Source of the DNA: Solirubrobacterales bacterium
GTDB taxonomy: Bacteria > Actinomycetota > Thermoleophilia > Solirubrobacterales > Solirubrobacteraceae
Direction of reading: 5' to 3'
Assembly (NCBI GenBank): GCA_044446505.1
Contig: JBIOEY010000001.1
Location: forward strand, 1 to 63,511
Length of the DNA stretch: 63,511 nt
The notes beneath the pieces were generated by a model. The model saw only the letters and a program-made list of their open reading frames with translations. It ran no database searches and was not told the origin of the DNA. Both the position numbers and the translations under genes were made by a program. Below, piece by piece: positions 1 to 8,350 of the stretch; the first letter of the stretch is position 1; every line of letters starts with the position of its first letter.

Positions 1-30
1 GATTGGGGGGTCTGGGTCGCCCCGGTGCGG

Positions 31-60
31 GCGGGAGCGCTTGCGACGCTCCCGCTGTTT
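31..60. terminator. GC-rich hairpin, probable intrinsic terminator
   Basis: GCGGGAGCG (31-39) / CGCTCCCGC (47-55) perfect 9-bp stem followed by TGTTT, just beyond the recombinase stop codon. Confidence 0.5.
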
Positions 61-76
61 GATGTGTTGTGGTCTT

Positions 77-777
77 TCAGAGACGCAGGCCGGCGGTCGC
101 GGACATCATCGGAGCCCGTCTTGTGTGGACGGCGGCGATGATCTCCTCGGTGTCGATGCCCTGAAGGTAGACCGATGTGGTCCCGAGGTTTGCATGGCCG
201 AGTTGGCGTTGGATGATGTTCAACGGTACGCCCTCCCGGGCGAGCTCGACCGCATGAGCATGACGTAGCTGGTGTGGCGCGAACCGGCGTCGCACCCCTG
301 CCTGGCTGGCGAGCCGACGAAGCTCGACGCGCACGGCAGCACTTGACCAGGGACGCCCGCGGGTCGGACCGTGATGACGCAGAACAGTGGCCCGACAGGC
401 AGATCACGACGGGAGGTGAGCCAGGGGTGTAGTTGCTCCCAACCCCAGGCGTCCATACCGATCTCGCGGCGGCGGCCGCCCTTGCCGTTGCGCACGAGCA
501 GCGACCCACGCCGCGGGGTCAAGGTCGGGCTCGGTGAGCGCGAGCGCCTCCTGGATGCGAAGCCCACCACGCAGAGCACGACGATCAACGCGCGCAGTCG
601 CCAGCCGTGGCGATTGTCGTCGGCCTGGCGCATCACGGCGATGATCTCCTCGACGGTCGGTGGGTCAGCCGGATAGCGCATCCCCTTGTTGCGGGGCGGA
701 CGGCCTGCGTGAAAACCGGGCAGGGTCGCCGGTGAGCGACGCCGCCCAGCGGAATCGAGAACAGCAGAAACAGTCAT
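77..777 (-). pseudogene. tyrosine recombinase (catalytic domain only), frameshifted
   Basis: Motifs spread over frames: LIVVL(W)RGGLRIQEALAL, VRNGKGGRRR, PHQLRH, QLGHANLGTTSVY; three single-base indels (~572, ~517, ~371) restore one ~230-aa ORF. Confidence 0.85.
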
Positions 778-894
778 GGGATCCTCCTCGGGGATCGAAC
801 AGCAACAGTTCTCGCTGCTCTACCAGCCTGCCGGGCAGCTCCCAACATGCGTCGCCAGCCAGTTCTCATCGTGCTCAGGCGCTACCCTGGGATC

Positions 895-1062
895 GTGAAA
901 CATTCTGTTCTGAGCACAACCCCGACCGCCGAGACCCCTGCGCTGAGCGACGAGGAGCGCCTCGAACGGCGCAGGCGATTTATCGAGCGAGTGTTCAGCC
1001 CGGATGGGCTTGATCGGGACACGCTTGAGCACATCGAGCAGCTGACGGACAACGAGTCGTAA
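895..1062 (+). CDS. small acidic protein, putative VapB-type antitoxin
   Basis: 55-aa ORF (GTG; alternative ATG 847) ending 10 bp before the PIN toxin gene; assignment by position only. Confidence 0.45.
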   Translation: MKHSVLSTTPTAETPALSDEERLERRRRFIERVFSPDGLDRDTLEHIEQLTDNES

Positions 1063-1072
1063 GCGACCTGCG

Positions 1073-1502
1073 GTGGACGCCGTCGAGTTGCTGGAAGGCG
1101 ACGTGTCGTTCATCGTCGACACGTCGGCCTGGTGGCGGTTCCGTCTCTTCCCAGCGACTCGTCGACAAGGCGATCGTTGACGATCGTCTGTGGATCACCC
1201 CGATCGTACGAATGGAGATCCTCTACTCCGCCCGCAGCAGTGCCGAGTACATCGCGTTCGAGATGGAACTCGACGGGTTCCGCATCCTGCGCAACGATCG
1301 CGCCGTCGCCGACGCCGCAATGAGCGCGATCGGCGAGCTGGCTGCGCACAGCGACGGGTACCACCGCGTGCCGCTGACCGACGCCCTGATCGCCGCGGCG
1401 GCTGCCGAGCACGGCGGCGTTGCGGTGCTCCATCGCGACACGCATTTCAACAAGCTCGCCGAAGTCCTCGCATTCGAGAACGTCGAGCTTCCAGGATCCT
1501 GA
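1073..1502 (+). pseudogene. vapC: PIN-domain VapC toxin, frameshifted near 1140-1160
   Basis: N-terminal FIVDTSAW in one frame; ITPIVRMEILYSAR, PLTDALIAAAA, VLHRDTHF in the 1212-1502 frame. Confidence 0.8.
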
Positions 1503-1657
1503 CCAGCTCTACATCGCCCGGAGCCTACACGAGGCCACCAGCCCATCTTGCGAAACGCCTCGGCATCGTCCGGAGCGGTCGTCTTGCCGGCGACGATCGA
1601 GACGCCTGCTTCCGCGCAGGGAGGCCGGAAGAACGGTCGGAGTACAGTTCGATCCCG

Positions 1658-2464
1658 ATGCCGCTCTACATGGATCGCCACGACCTTCCGGGTGCGACGG
1701 CTGCCGATATCGCAACCGCTCACCTGCGCGATCTTGAGGTGCAAGAGAGGTTCGGCGTACGCTTCGTCACCTACTGGTTCGAAGAAGAGGCCGGCAGCGG
1801 ATTTTGCCTCATCGAGGGTCCCGACAAGGAGTCCGTCGAGGCAGCCCACAGCGCCTCGCACGGGATGCTTCGGCTGAACGTGGTCGAGGTCGACGAAGCG
1901 AGCATTCGAGGGTTCTTTGGACGGCTCAATACTCACCCCCCGGGCGAGCCCTACGTAGAAAGCGCCTTCCGATCGATCCTCTTCACCGACATGGTCGACT
2001 CCACTCGTCTCACCCAACAATTGGGCGATCGCGAGGCCATGCAGCTAGTTCGCCAACACGACTCGATAGTGCGCTCTGGCTTGGCACAGTTCGGCGGCAG
2101 CGAAGTCAAGCACACTGGGGATGGGATCATGGCGGCGTTCGACGCGGCGTCCCAAGCGGTCGGCGCGGCGGTGCAAATCCAGCGGGCGCTTGGAGAGCTC
2201 AATGCCGGCGGGCAGTCGGGACTGCGGGTGCGCATCGGGGTGGCCGCGGGAGAGCCCGTAACTGAGCAAGACGATCTCTTTGGAGCGGCTGTGCAGCAGG
2301 CCGCGCGGCTGTGCGCATGCGCTCAGCCAGATTGTATTGTCGTCTCATCCGGGGTGCACGACCTCTGCCGCGGAAAGGGAATCCGGTTCACCGATGCGGG
2401 GCTCCTCGCCGCGAAGGGCTTCGACGAGCCAATCGGGCACTTTGAGGTCGACTGGCGCGATTGA
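1658..2464 (+). CDS. DUF4242 (SCO4226-like) domain fused to class III nucleotidyl cyclase
   Basis: MPLYMDRH...YWFEEEAGSGFCLIEGPDKESVEAAH...HG, then ILFTDMVDST, VKHTGDG, RIGVAAGE, LFGAAVQQAARL. Confidence 0.85.
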   Translation: MPLYMDRHDLPGATAADIATAHLRDLEVQERFGVRFVTYWFEEEAGSGFCLIEGPDKESVEAAHSASHGMLRLNVVEVDEASIRGFFGRLNTHPPGEPYVESAFRSILFTDMVDSTRLTQQLGDREAMQLVRQHDSIVRSGLAQFGGSEVKHTGDGIMAAFDAASQAVGAAVQIQRALGELNAGGQSGLRVRIGVAAGEPVTEQDDLFGAAVQQAARLCACAQPDCIVVSSGVHDLCRGKGIRFTDAGLLAAKGFDEPIGHFEVDWRD

Positions 2465-2745
2465 CCTCACGGACGCACGCGATGCGCTCTAGCCTGGGCG
2501 CACCTACGCTCACCAGCAGAAAGAATCCGCAGCCTGTCCCATCTATGCGCTCCCGCCTTGACGCGAATTGGAGCAGTCTGGCCGGGTGGCGGTTGCGCGC
2601 TCGCAAGGGACGACCAGCAACACTCTCTGGCGACGCGGTGAGACGACTGTCTCGGACGACGAGAAGCCGCACGCGCTACCAGGCCCGGACGCGCTCGCTC
2701 GCGTAGACGGTTGCGGGTGATCGTCCTGAGCGGCAGCGCGTCGGA

Positions 2746-3942
2746 TCAGCTCGCGAGCGGCAGCGTGAAGCAGATCCGTGTGCCCGTGTGCTCCTCGGCT
2801 AGCCAGATCTTTCCGCCGTGGGCTTCCACGATCGTGCGTGCGATGGCGAGGCCGAGGCCGTTTCCTGAACTGGTCCTGGCCGCCTCGCTGCCGCCGCGGT
2901 AGAAGGGCTCGAAGACGCGTGGCTGGTCGGCTGCGGCGATTCCCTCGCCTGTGTCTGATACTTCGATCTCGGCCGAGTCCTGTCGCTGGTGGGCGCGCAC
3001 GAGGACGCTGCCGTCGGGAGGGGTGTGGCGGATTGCGTTGGTGAGCAGGTTTGCCAGTACGCGCCCCAGCTGTTCGGGGTTCGCCTGCGCTGGGCGCAGG
3101 TCGCTGGCGATCTCAGCGCGAATGGCGACCTGACGTGTCTCTGCCTCCAGCCGGATGGCCTCCAGCATCTCCGCGACGATCCCCGCTAGTGGCACTGCTT
3201 CGGTCGTCCATGCGAAGTCGCCGGCGTCCAGGCGGGAGAACTCGAACAGGTCGTCTACGAGCGTGCTCAAGGCGCGGACGTTTGCGCCCATGGTCTTTAT
3301 GTACTTGCGGGCTGTTGCGGGGTCCACGAGGTCGTCGTCGAGCGCTTGCGCCAGTAGTTGAAGCGATGTCAGGGGCGTGCGCAGATCGTGGGATACCGCG
3401 GCGATTACCTGGCGGCGGGCGGCGTCGGCCTCGTCGCGCGAGCGTTCCTCGCTGCGGATGGTCTCGATCATCGTGTTGGCGGCGTGGGCCAGGTCGCTGA
3501 GCTCCTTGCCCGAGCGCGCTTTTACGTTCACTTCGCGCTCGCCCTGGCCGACGGAGTGCAGGCCGTGTGAGACCGAGCCCACGTCGGCGACCACGTCGCG
3601 CAGGAGGATCTGCGCCGCGCGCGCCGCGATGACGGCTGCGAAGAGCAGGATGCCCGCCGTGGTCCAGGCGTCGTCGGGCGAGACGAACATCACGGCCGCT
3701 CCGATCATCAGCGCCGCCAGGAGCTGACCGAGGGCGAGCCCGATGCCCAGCTGGAAGCGGTGGCTGAGCGTGCTCATCCGCAGTCGCCGGGCGTCTGCGG
3801 CGTGGGCGAGCAGGAGCGCCACGAGTCCCACCGGAAGGAGGATGGCGCTCGTGAGCGCCACTGCGTGAGCGCCCCCGATGAGGGCCATGACCGCGCACGT
3901 TGCCGCGAGGGCCCCCAGGAGGGTGAGCAGGGATCGCCTCAT
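2746..3942 (-). CDS. membrane sensor histidine kinase (HAMP-HisKA-HATPase)
   Basis: Four hydrophobic segments, SHDLRTPL H-box, NLLTNAIRH, DTGEGI, GNGLGLAI; ATG overlaps regulator stop (ATGA). Confidence 0.93.
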   Translation of the reverse strand: MRRSLLTLLGALAATCAVMALIGGAHAVALTSAILLPVGLVALLLAHAADARRLRMSTLSHRFQLGIGLALGQLLAALMIGAAVMFVSPDDAWTTAGILLFAAVIAARAAQILLRDVVADVGSVSHGLHSVGQGEREVNVKARSGKELSDLAHAANTMIETIRSEERSRDEADAARRQVIAAVSHDLRTPLTSLQLLAQALDDDLVDPATARKYIKTMGANVRALSTLVDDLFEFSRLDAGDFAWTTEAVPLAGIVAEMLEAIRLEAETRQVAIRAEIASDLRPAQANPEQLGRVLANLLTNAIRHTPPDGSVLVRAHQRQDSAEIEVSDTGEGIAAADQPRVFEPFYRGGSEAARTSSGNGLGLAIARTIVEAHGGKIWLAEEHTGTRICFTLPLAS

Positions 3943-4658
3943 CGCCTGAAGCGATAGCCCACGCCCCACACGGTCTGGATGAGGTCGGGATTGTCGGGGT
4001 CGCGCTCGATCTTGGCTCGCAGACGACGGATGTGCACGGTGACGGTTGAGCTGTCGTTGCAGGAGAATTGCCACACGCGCTCCATCAGCTGCGAGCGCGA
4101 GAAGACGATTCCCGGGTGGCTCGCCATGAACCAGAGCAGATCGAACTCGCGCGGGGTCAGCGCCACCTCGCGCCCGTCGAGCAGTACCGTGCGCTCGCCG
4201 GGATCGATCCGCAGGCCGTCGAGCTGCAGCGGCTGCTCGTCGGTCGGCTCGCTGGGGCCCCGGCGCAGCACGGCCTGCACTCTGGCGACGAGCTCGCCCG
4301 GCGAGAACGGCTTGACGACGTAGTCGTCTGCGCCGCGCCGCAGTCCGGCGATCCGGTCTGACTCCTCGCCCTTGGCGGTGAGCAGGATCACCGCGGGTCG
4401 CTCGCGCTCGCTCTCGTGCAGGCGGCGCATCACCTCGAGACCGTCGAAGCCGGGGAGCATGATGTCGAGGATCACGAGATCGGGCGAATGCTTGGCGTTC
4501 ATCGCCACCGCCTCGGGACCGTCCAGCGCGACGCCCGTCTGAAAGCCCGCCCGCTGCAGGTAGCGCGCCATGATCTCGCCGATCGTCGGCTCGTCGTCGA
4601 CGACCAGGACGTACGGCCCTGTTGGGTCCGGGCTGGCGCGCATGGCACTGGTGATCAT
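3939..4658 (-). CDS. OmpR/PhoB-family response regulator
   Basis: VLVVDDE, ILDIMLPG, ADDYVVKPF, LTPREFDLL, VHIRRLRAKI, TVWGVGYRF. Confidence 0.95.
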   Translation of the reverse strand: MITSAMRASPDPTGPYVLVVDDEPTIGEIMARYLQRAGFQTGVALDGPEAVAMNAKHSPDLVILDIMLPGFDGLEVMRRLHESERERPAVILLTAKGEESDRIAGLRRGADDYVVKPFSPGELVARVQAVLRRGPSEPTDEQPLQLDGLRIDPGERTVLLDGREVALTPREFDLLWFMASHPGIVFSRSQLMERVWQFSCNDSSTVTVHIRRLRAKIERDPDNPDLIQTVWGVGYRFRR

Positions 4659-4673
4659 GGCAGCGGCCCGTGC

Positions 4674-6416
4674 TCAGCCGAAGGTGAACGAGTACACGGA
4701 GACCCCGGGCGAGGCCTGCACGCTCAGCACGTGACGCTCCACGCGCGGCAGTTCCACAAGGCGGTAGAGCCGCTGGAAGCCGATGCTCGCCGTCCCCGCA
4801 CGCACGTCGCCGCCGGACTCGGCCGCAGGGATCGGATGGCCGTCGAGCAGGATCCGCGCCGACCCGCCGCCGTGCGCGGAGCCCGCGACGAGGAACACCC
4901 TACGAGCGAAGAAGTTCAGCTGCAGCCCGCTGCCGGCGACGGCTTCGGCTGCGTCCGCGCTGAGCCGCCAGCTGCCCTCGTAGCGGAGGTGTTCGGGCGC
5001 AGGCGCGGCGCCGGATCCGAAGTCGTGCAGACCCAGGTGCAGCGTCCCGCTCTCGAAGCGTTCGGCCTTTTCGGCCCCGAGATAGGACTCAGAGGTGACT
5101 TCTGCCGCGGACGGCGCCTGCGCGTGCACCCTCGTCGCCTGGCCGAGCCCTTCCGCGCCCGCTTCCACCAAGAGGCTGCGGATCGCCCGCTCCTTGGCCG
5201 CATAGTCGCCCTCGCCGAAGTCGGCCAGGCGGATGCGCCCGCGGGCGTCGATCAGGTACTCGGCCGGCCAGTATTCGTTGTTGTAGGCGTTCCAGGTGCT
5301 GTAGTTGTTGTCCTGGACGACGGGGTAGCCGATGCCGTTCTGGCGGATCGCTTCCTGGACGTTCGAGGCCGAGTGCTCGAACGGGAACTCCGGCGTGTGC
5401 ACACCCACGATCGTCAGGCCCTTGCTCGCGTAACGCGCGTTCCACGCGTTCAGGTATGGCAGCGTGCGGATGCAGTTGATGCAGCTGTAGGTCCAGAAGT
5501 CCACGAGCACCACCCCTCCGCGCAGCGCGCGCAGGCTCAGCGCCATGCCGCCGGGCGTGTTGAGCCACTTCTGCGTGCCAACGAATTCCGGAGCCACGCC
5601 CAGCACCGGCAGGCGCTCGCCAGCGTCGGCCTCCTTCAGGCCGCCCGCGCGGCGCGCCTTGTGCCCGCGCAGCGCCGCCAGTTCCCGGGCCGCCGCGCTG
5701 CCGGTTTCGAGACCTTTGACGGGAGTGACCAGGAACGACGGGAGGTCCGCCGCGATCGACGTCTCAAAACGCGTGTCGTAGTTGCCGAGCATCAGCAGCG
5801 CGATCACCACCATGATCGCGCCCATCGACATCTGGAAGCGGCCGCTGCGGCGCGCGAGGCGGCCCGTCAGGCGCCGGCCGCCGAGCATCAGGCCATAGAG
5901 GACCACGGCCGAGCCGATCCCGTAGGCGAGTGCCACGGCGAGGCGCCCGGCGCTGAAGCTCTGCGAGGCCGAGACCGTGATCACACCCGCGAGGATCGGC
6001 CCCGCGCACGGCGCATACACAAAGCCGAGGCCGCCACCCACGAGCATCCCCGACCAGAAGCCGCCGTCCCCGCCAGCACGCGGGGAGCCGACGCCCAGGC
6101 GCGGGCCGATCGTGCTCAGCCGCGCCTCCAGGCGGTCTCCCAGCGCCGGCACGAGCAGCGCGATACCGAAGCCGATCAGCGCGACGATCGACAGCGTGCG
6201 CAGCAGCTGGTCGGGGAGCCCAAGCGCCGAGATCAGGTAGACGAGCGCCACGGTCGCGACGGTGAAGGACAGCGCGAGCCCGGTAACCACACCGAGCGGC
6301 CGACGCCTGCCGCCCGTGACCCCCGCCGCGAGGGCGACAGGCAGCACCGGAAGCACGCAGGGCGACAGCGCTGTCGCCGCACCAGCGATCAACGCGAAGA
6401 CGATCAGAAGGACCAC
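4674..6416 (-). CDS. dipZ: DipZ-like protein (CcdA membrane domain + thioredoxin domain + C-terminal beta domain)
   Basis: SPCVLPVLP and YAPCAGP CcdA cysteines; VDFWTYSCINC, GVHTPEFPFE, YWPAEYLID; GTG start at 6416. Confidence 0.9.
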   Translation of the reverse strand: MVLLIVFALIAGAATALSPCVLPVLPVALAAGVTGGRRRPLGVVTGLALSFTVATVALVYLISALGLPDQLLRTLSIVALIGFGIALLVPALGDRLEARLSTIGPRLGVGSPRAGGDGGFWSGMLVGGGLGFVYAPCAGPILAGVITVSASQSFSAGRLAVALAYGIGSAVVLYGLMLGGRRLTGRLARRSGRFQMSMGAIMVVIALLMLGNYDTRFETSIAADLPSFLVTPVKGLETGSAAARELAALRGHKARRAGGLKEADAGERLPVLGVAPEFVGTQKWLNTPGGMALSLRALRGGVVLVDFWTYSCINCIRTLPYLNAWNARYASKGLTIVGVHTPEFPFEHSASNVQEAIRQNGIGYPVVQDNNYSTWNAYNNEYWPAEYLIDARGRIRLADFGEGDYAAKERAIRSLLVEAGAEGLGQATRVHAQAPSAAEVTSESYLGAEKAERFESGTLHLGLHDFGSGAAPAPEHLRYEGSWRLSADAAEAVAGSGLQLNFFARRVFLVAGSAHGGGSARILLDGHPIPAAESGGDVRAGTASIGFQRLYRLVELPRVERHVLSVQASPGVSVYSFTFG

Positions 6417-6420
6417 GCAC

Positions 6421-6507
6421 CGACTGTGCACCGCAGATATTGCGTATTCCTTACGACGACCTGCGCCAGCACGGTAAGAAACTCGTAATACCCATACGTC
6501 ACAGTCG
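6421..6507. promoter_or_regulatory. twin divergent promoters, each with an 11-bp-period tandem box and a CACAGT -10-like hexamer
   Basis: Minus 6455-6421 CGTAAGGAATACGCAATATCTGCGGTGCACAGTCG aligns without gaps to plus 6473-6507 GGTAAGAAACTCGTAATACCCATACGTCACAGTCG. Confidence 0.75.
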
Positions 6508-6552
6508 CGGCGACCGAACAGAGACCCATTGAACCCAACAGGAGGATCACCC

Positions 6553-6747
6553 ATGAAAATAAGCGCCAACCCCGTCCGTCTACTCGCCGCGACCGGCACC
6601 CTCGTCGCGCTCGCGGGAGTACCCGCGAGCTCCCTCGCGTCTTCGAGTCCTTCCATGCATCACATGAAGCCATGCACCCATCACCAGGTGATGATGCACC
6701 ACACCTCCCACTGCTCCATGCACCCCTCCATGAAGCACACGAAATAG
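6553..6747 (+). CDS. secreted His/Met-rich peptide (64 aa)
   Basis: GGAGG RBS at 6541; signal-peptide-like N-terminus; last 30 aa contain 9 His, 6 Met, 2 Cys. Confidence 0.75.
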   Translation: MKISANPVRLLAATGTLVALAGVPASSLASSSPSMHHMKPCTHHQVMMHHTSHCSMHPSMKHTK

Positions 6748-6834
6748 GAGAAGCGACGCCTCCGCCTGCCCGGGGCGCGCTCCACGGACGAGCGCGCCCA
6801 CGGCGGGACGACAGGCGACAGCCCGGCGTTCGGC

Positions 6835-7458
6835 TCAGCCTGCCACCGCCGTGCCGACGATGAGCGGGCGCACGAACGGGGGAGTCTTCTTCAGCTCGTC
6901 GTGGGCGACATCGGCGATCGTGAAGCCGGCGGACCGGATTCCGTCCAGCGTGGCGCGGTTGCAGTCGCAACCGACCATGCGGTGGTTGAAACCGGTGAGC
7001 CGGTCCTGCCAGCGGGCGAGCCGTGGGTCCTCCGCGCGCACGTGCTCGATGAACAGCAGCCGGCCGTCGGGCTTGAGCACCCTGCGGATCTCGCGCAGCG
7101 CGCGAGGCTGGTCCTCGACGGCGCAGAGCACGAGCGTCGAGACCGCCGTGTCGAAGTGTCCGTCCTCGAAGGGGAGCGCTTCGGCTGGGGCGCACACGAG
7201 CTCGGCCGGGAGGGCATCGTGCTCGGCCAGGCGGCGCTGGAGTCGGCGCGCCATCGGCTCCTCGGGCTCGGTGACGGTGAGCGCGCTCACAGCTTCGCTG
7301 TAGAACGGCAGGTTCGCCCCGGTACCGCCGCCGATCTCGAGCACCGACCCGCGCGCGTTGGCGAGTAGCGCCTGACGCAGCGCGCGCAGCCCGGCCTGCT
7401 CGGTCTTGGCGCTCATGCGGTCATAGGTGGCGGCGAAGATCCGACCCTGGAGGCTCAC
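6835..7458 (-). CDS. class I SAM-dependent methyltransferase
   Basis: VLEIGGGTGAN, AEALPFEDGHFD, RVLKPDGRLLFIEH. Confidence 0.9.
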   Translation of the reverse strand: MSLQGRIFAATYDRMSAKTEQAGLRALRQALLANARGSVLEIGGGTGANLPFYSEAVSALTVTEPEEPMARRLQRRLAEHDALPAELVCAPAEALPFEDGHFDTAVSTLVLCAVEDQPRALREIRRVLKPDGRLLFIEHVRAEDPRLARWQDRLTGFNHRMVGCDCNRATLDGIRSAGFTIADVAHDELKKTPPFVRPLIVGTAVAG

Positions 7459-8267
7459 CGCTGCGCCTTTCGTCCGAGCGTGAGGAGGTACTCGGCCGGC
7501 TCTTCGCGCTCATACAGCGCGGTGAGCTCCTCGCGCAGCTCCGGCCAGCGCCCGGATGCCTCGGTCAGCTGGCGCACCATCATGGCCGGCCCGAACTTGC
7601 TCGTGAGGAACTCGATCGCGGCGTCGGTCGACTCGAACTGTGGCGGCTGCACCCGGTCGCGCTCGAACTCGAGCTCGACCCCGGTCCCGTAGAACAGCTC
7701 CCGCACGTGGGTCTCGGACCCCCACAGGGCGGGCGGCTCGGCGAGCCCCGCGGGAGGCGGCGGAAGGTAGGCGCCGACGGTCCTGAAGAAGTCGCCCATG
7801 GCGCCTTCCGGTGTCCAGCTCGCGAGCGCCATGCGACCGCCCGGCGCAAGCACGCGCACAAGCTCGTGCGCGGTCACAGCGTGGCGTGGGGCGAACATGC
7901 ATCCGAACGTCGAGAGCACCACGTCGAAGCGCGCGTCCTGCAACGGCAGCTCCTCCGCGTCGCCCTGCACCCACTCGACCTGCACCCCGGCGTCGGCGGC
8001 CAGCCGGCGTCCGGTCTCGAACAGCTCGGGCGTCAGGTCGACCCCCACTACCTGGGCGCCCGCCTGCGCGGCGCGCAGCGCGGCGTTGCCGGTGCCGCAA
8101 GCGACGTCGAGCACCTCCTCGCCGGGCCGGACATCGACGCGCTCCACGATCCTCGCTCCGACCTCCCACAGCTGGCGCTCGGCGACCGCGTGGTAGTCCC
8201 CGGCGGCCCAGGTCGCGCGAGCGCCCTGCTTGAGCGTCGCGAGCTCCGCAAGTGCCGGCATGTTCAT
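7455..8267 (-). CDS. class I SAM-dependent methyltransferase
   Basis: VLDVACGTGNAA, GDAEELP, FDVVLSTFGCMFAP; GAGGAGG RBS before ATG 8267. Confidence 0.9.
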   Translation of the reverse strand: MNMPALAELATLKQGARATWAAGDYHAVAERQLWEVGARIVERVDVRPGEEVLDVACGTGNAALRAAQAGAQVVGVDLTPELFETGRRLAADAGVQVEWVQGDAEELPLQDARFDVVLSTFGCMFAPRHAVTAHELVRVLAPGGRMALASWTPEGAMGDFFRTVGAYLPPPPAGLAEPPALWGSETHVRELFYGTGVELEFERDRVQPPQFESTDAAIEFLTSKFGPAMMVRQLTEASGRWPELREELTALYEREEPAEYLLTLGRKAQR

Positions 8268-8330
8268 GTTCCCTCCTCGGTCGTGGTCAGTGAGCATGTA
8301 CCGAGACTAGGCGCTATGCCATCCCTGCGC

Positions 8331-8348
8331 ATGGGGCGTTCGCCTCAT
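8331..8348. promoter_or_regulatory. palindromic operator, probable LuxR-type activator site
   Basis: ATGGGGCG-TT-CGCCTCAT, centred ~42 bp upstream of a start site inferred from a TAGTCT -10 (8309-8304, minus strand). Confidence 0.55.
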
Positions 8349-8350
8349 CT

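Noticed and set aside
1190-1657. N-terminal extension of the DUF4242-cyclase (424-aa ORF)
   Set aside because: Overlaps vapC in another frame with Arg-rich composition; MPLYMDRH at 1658 is the family-typical start
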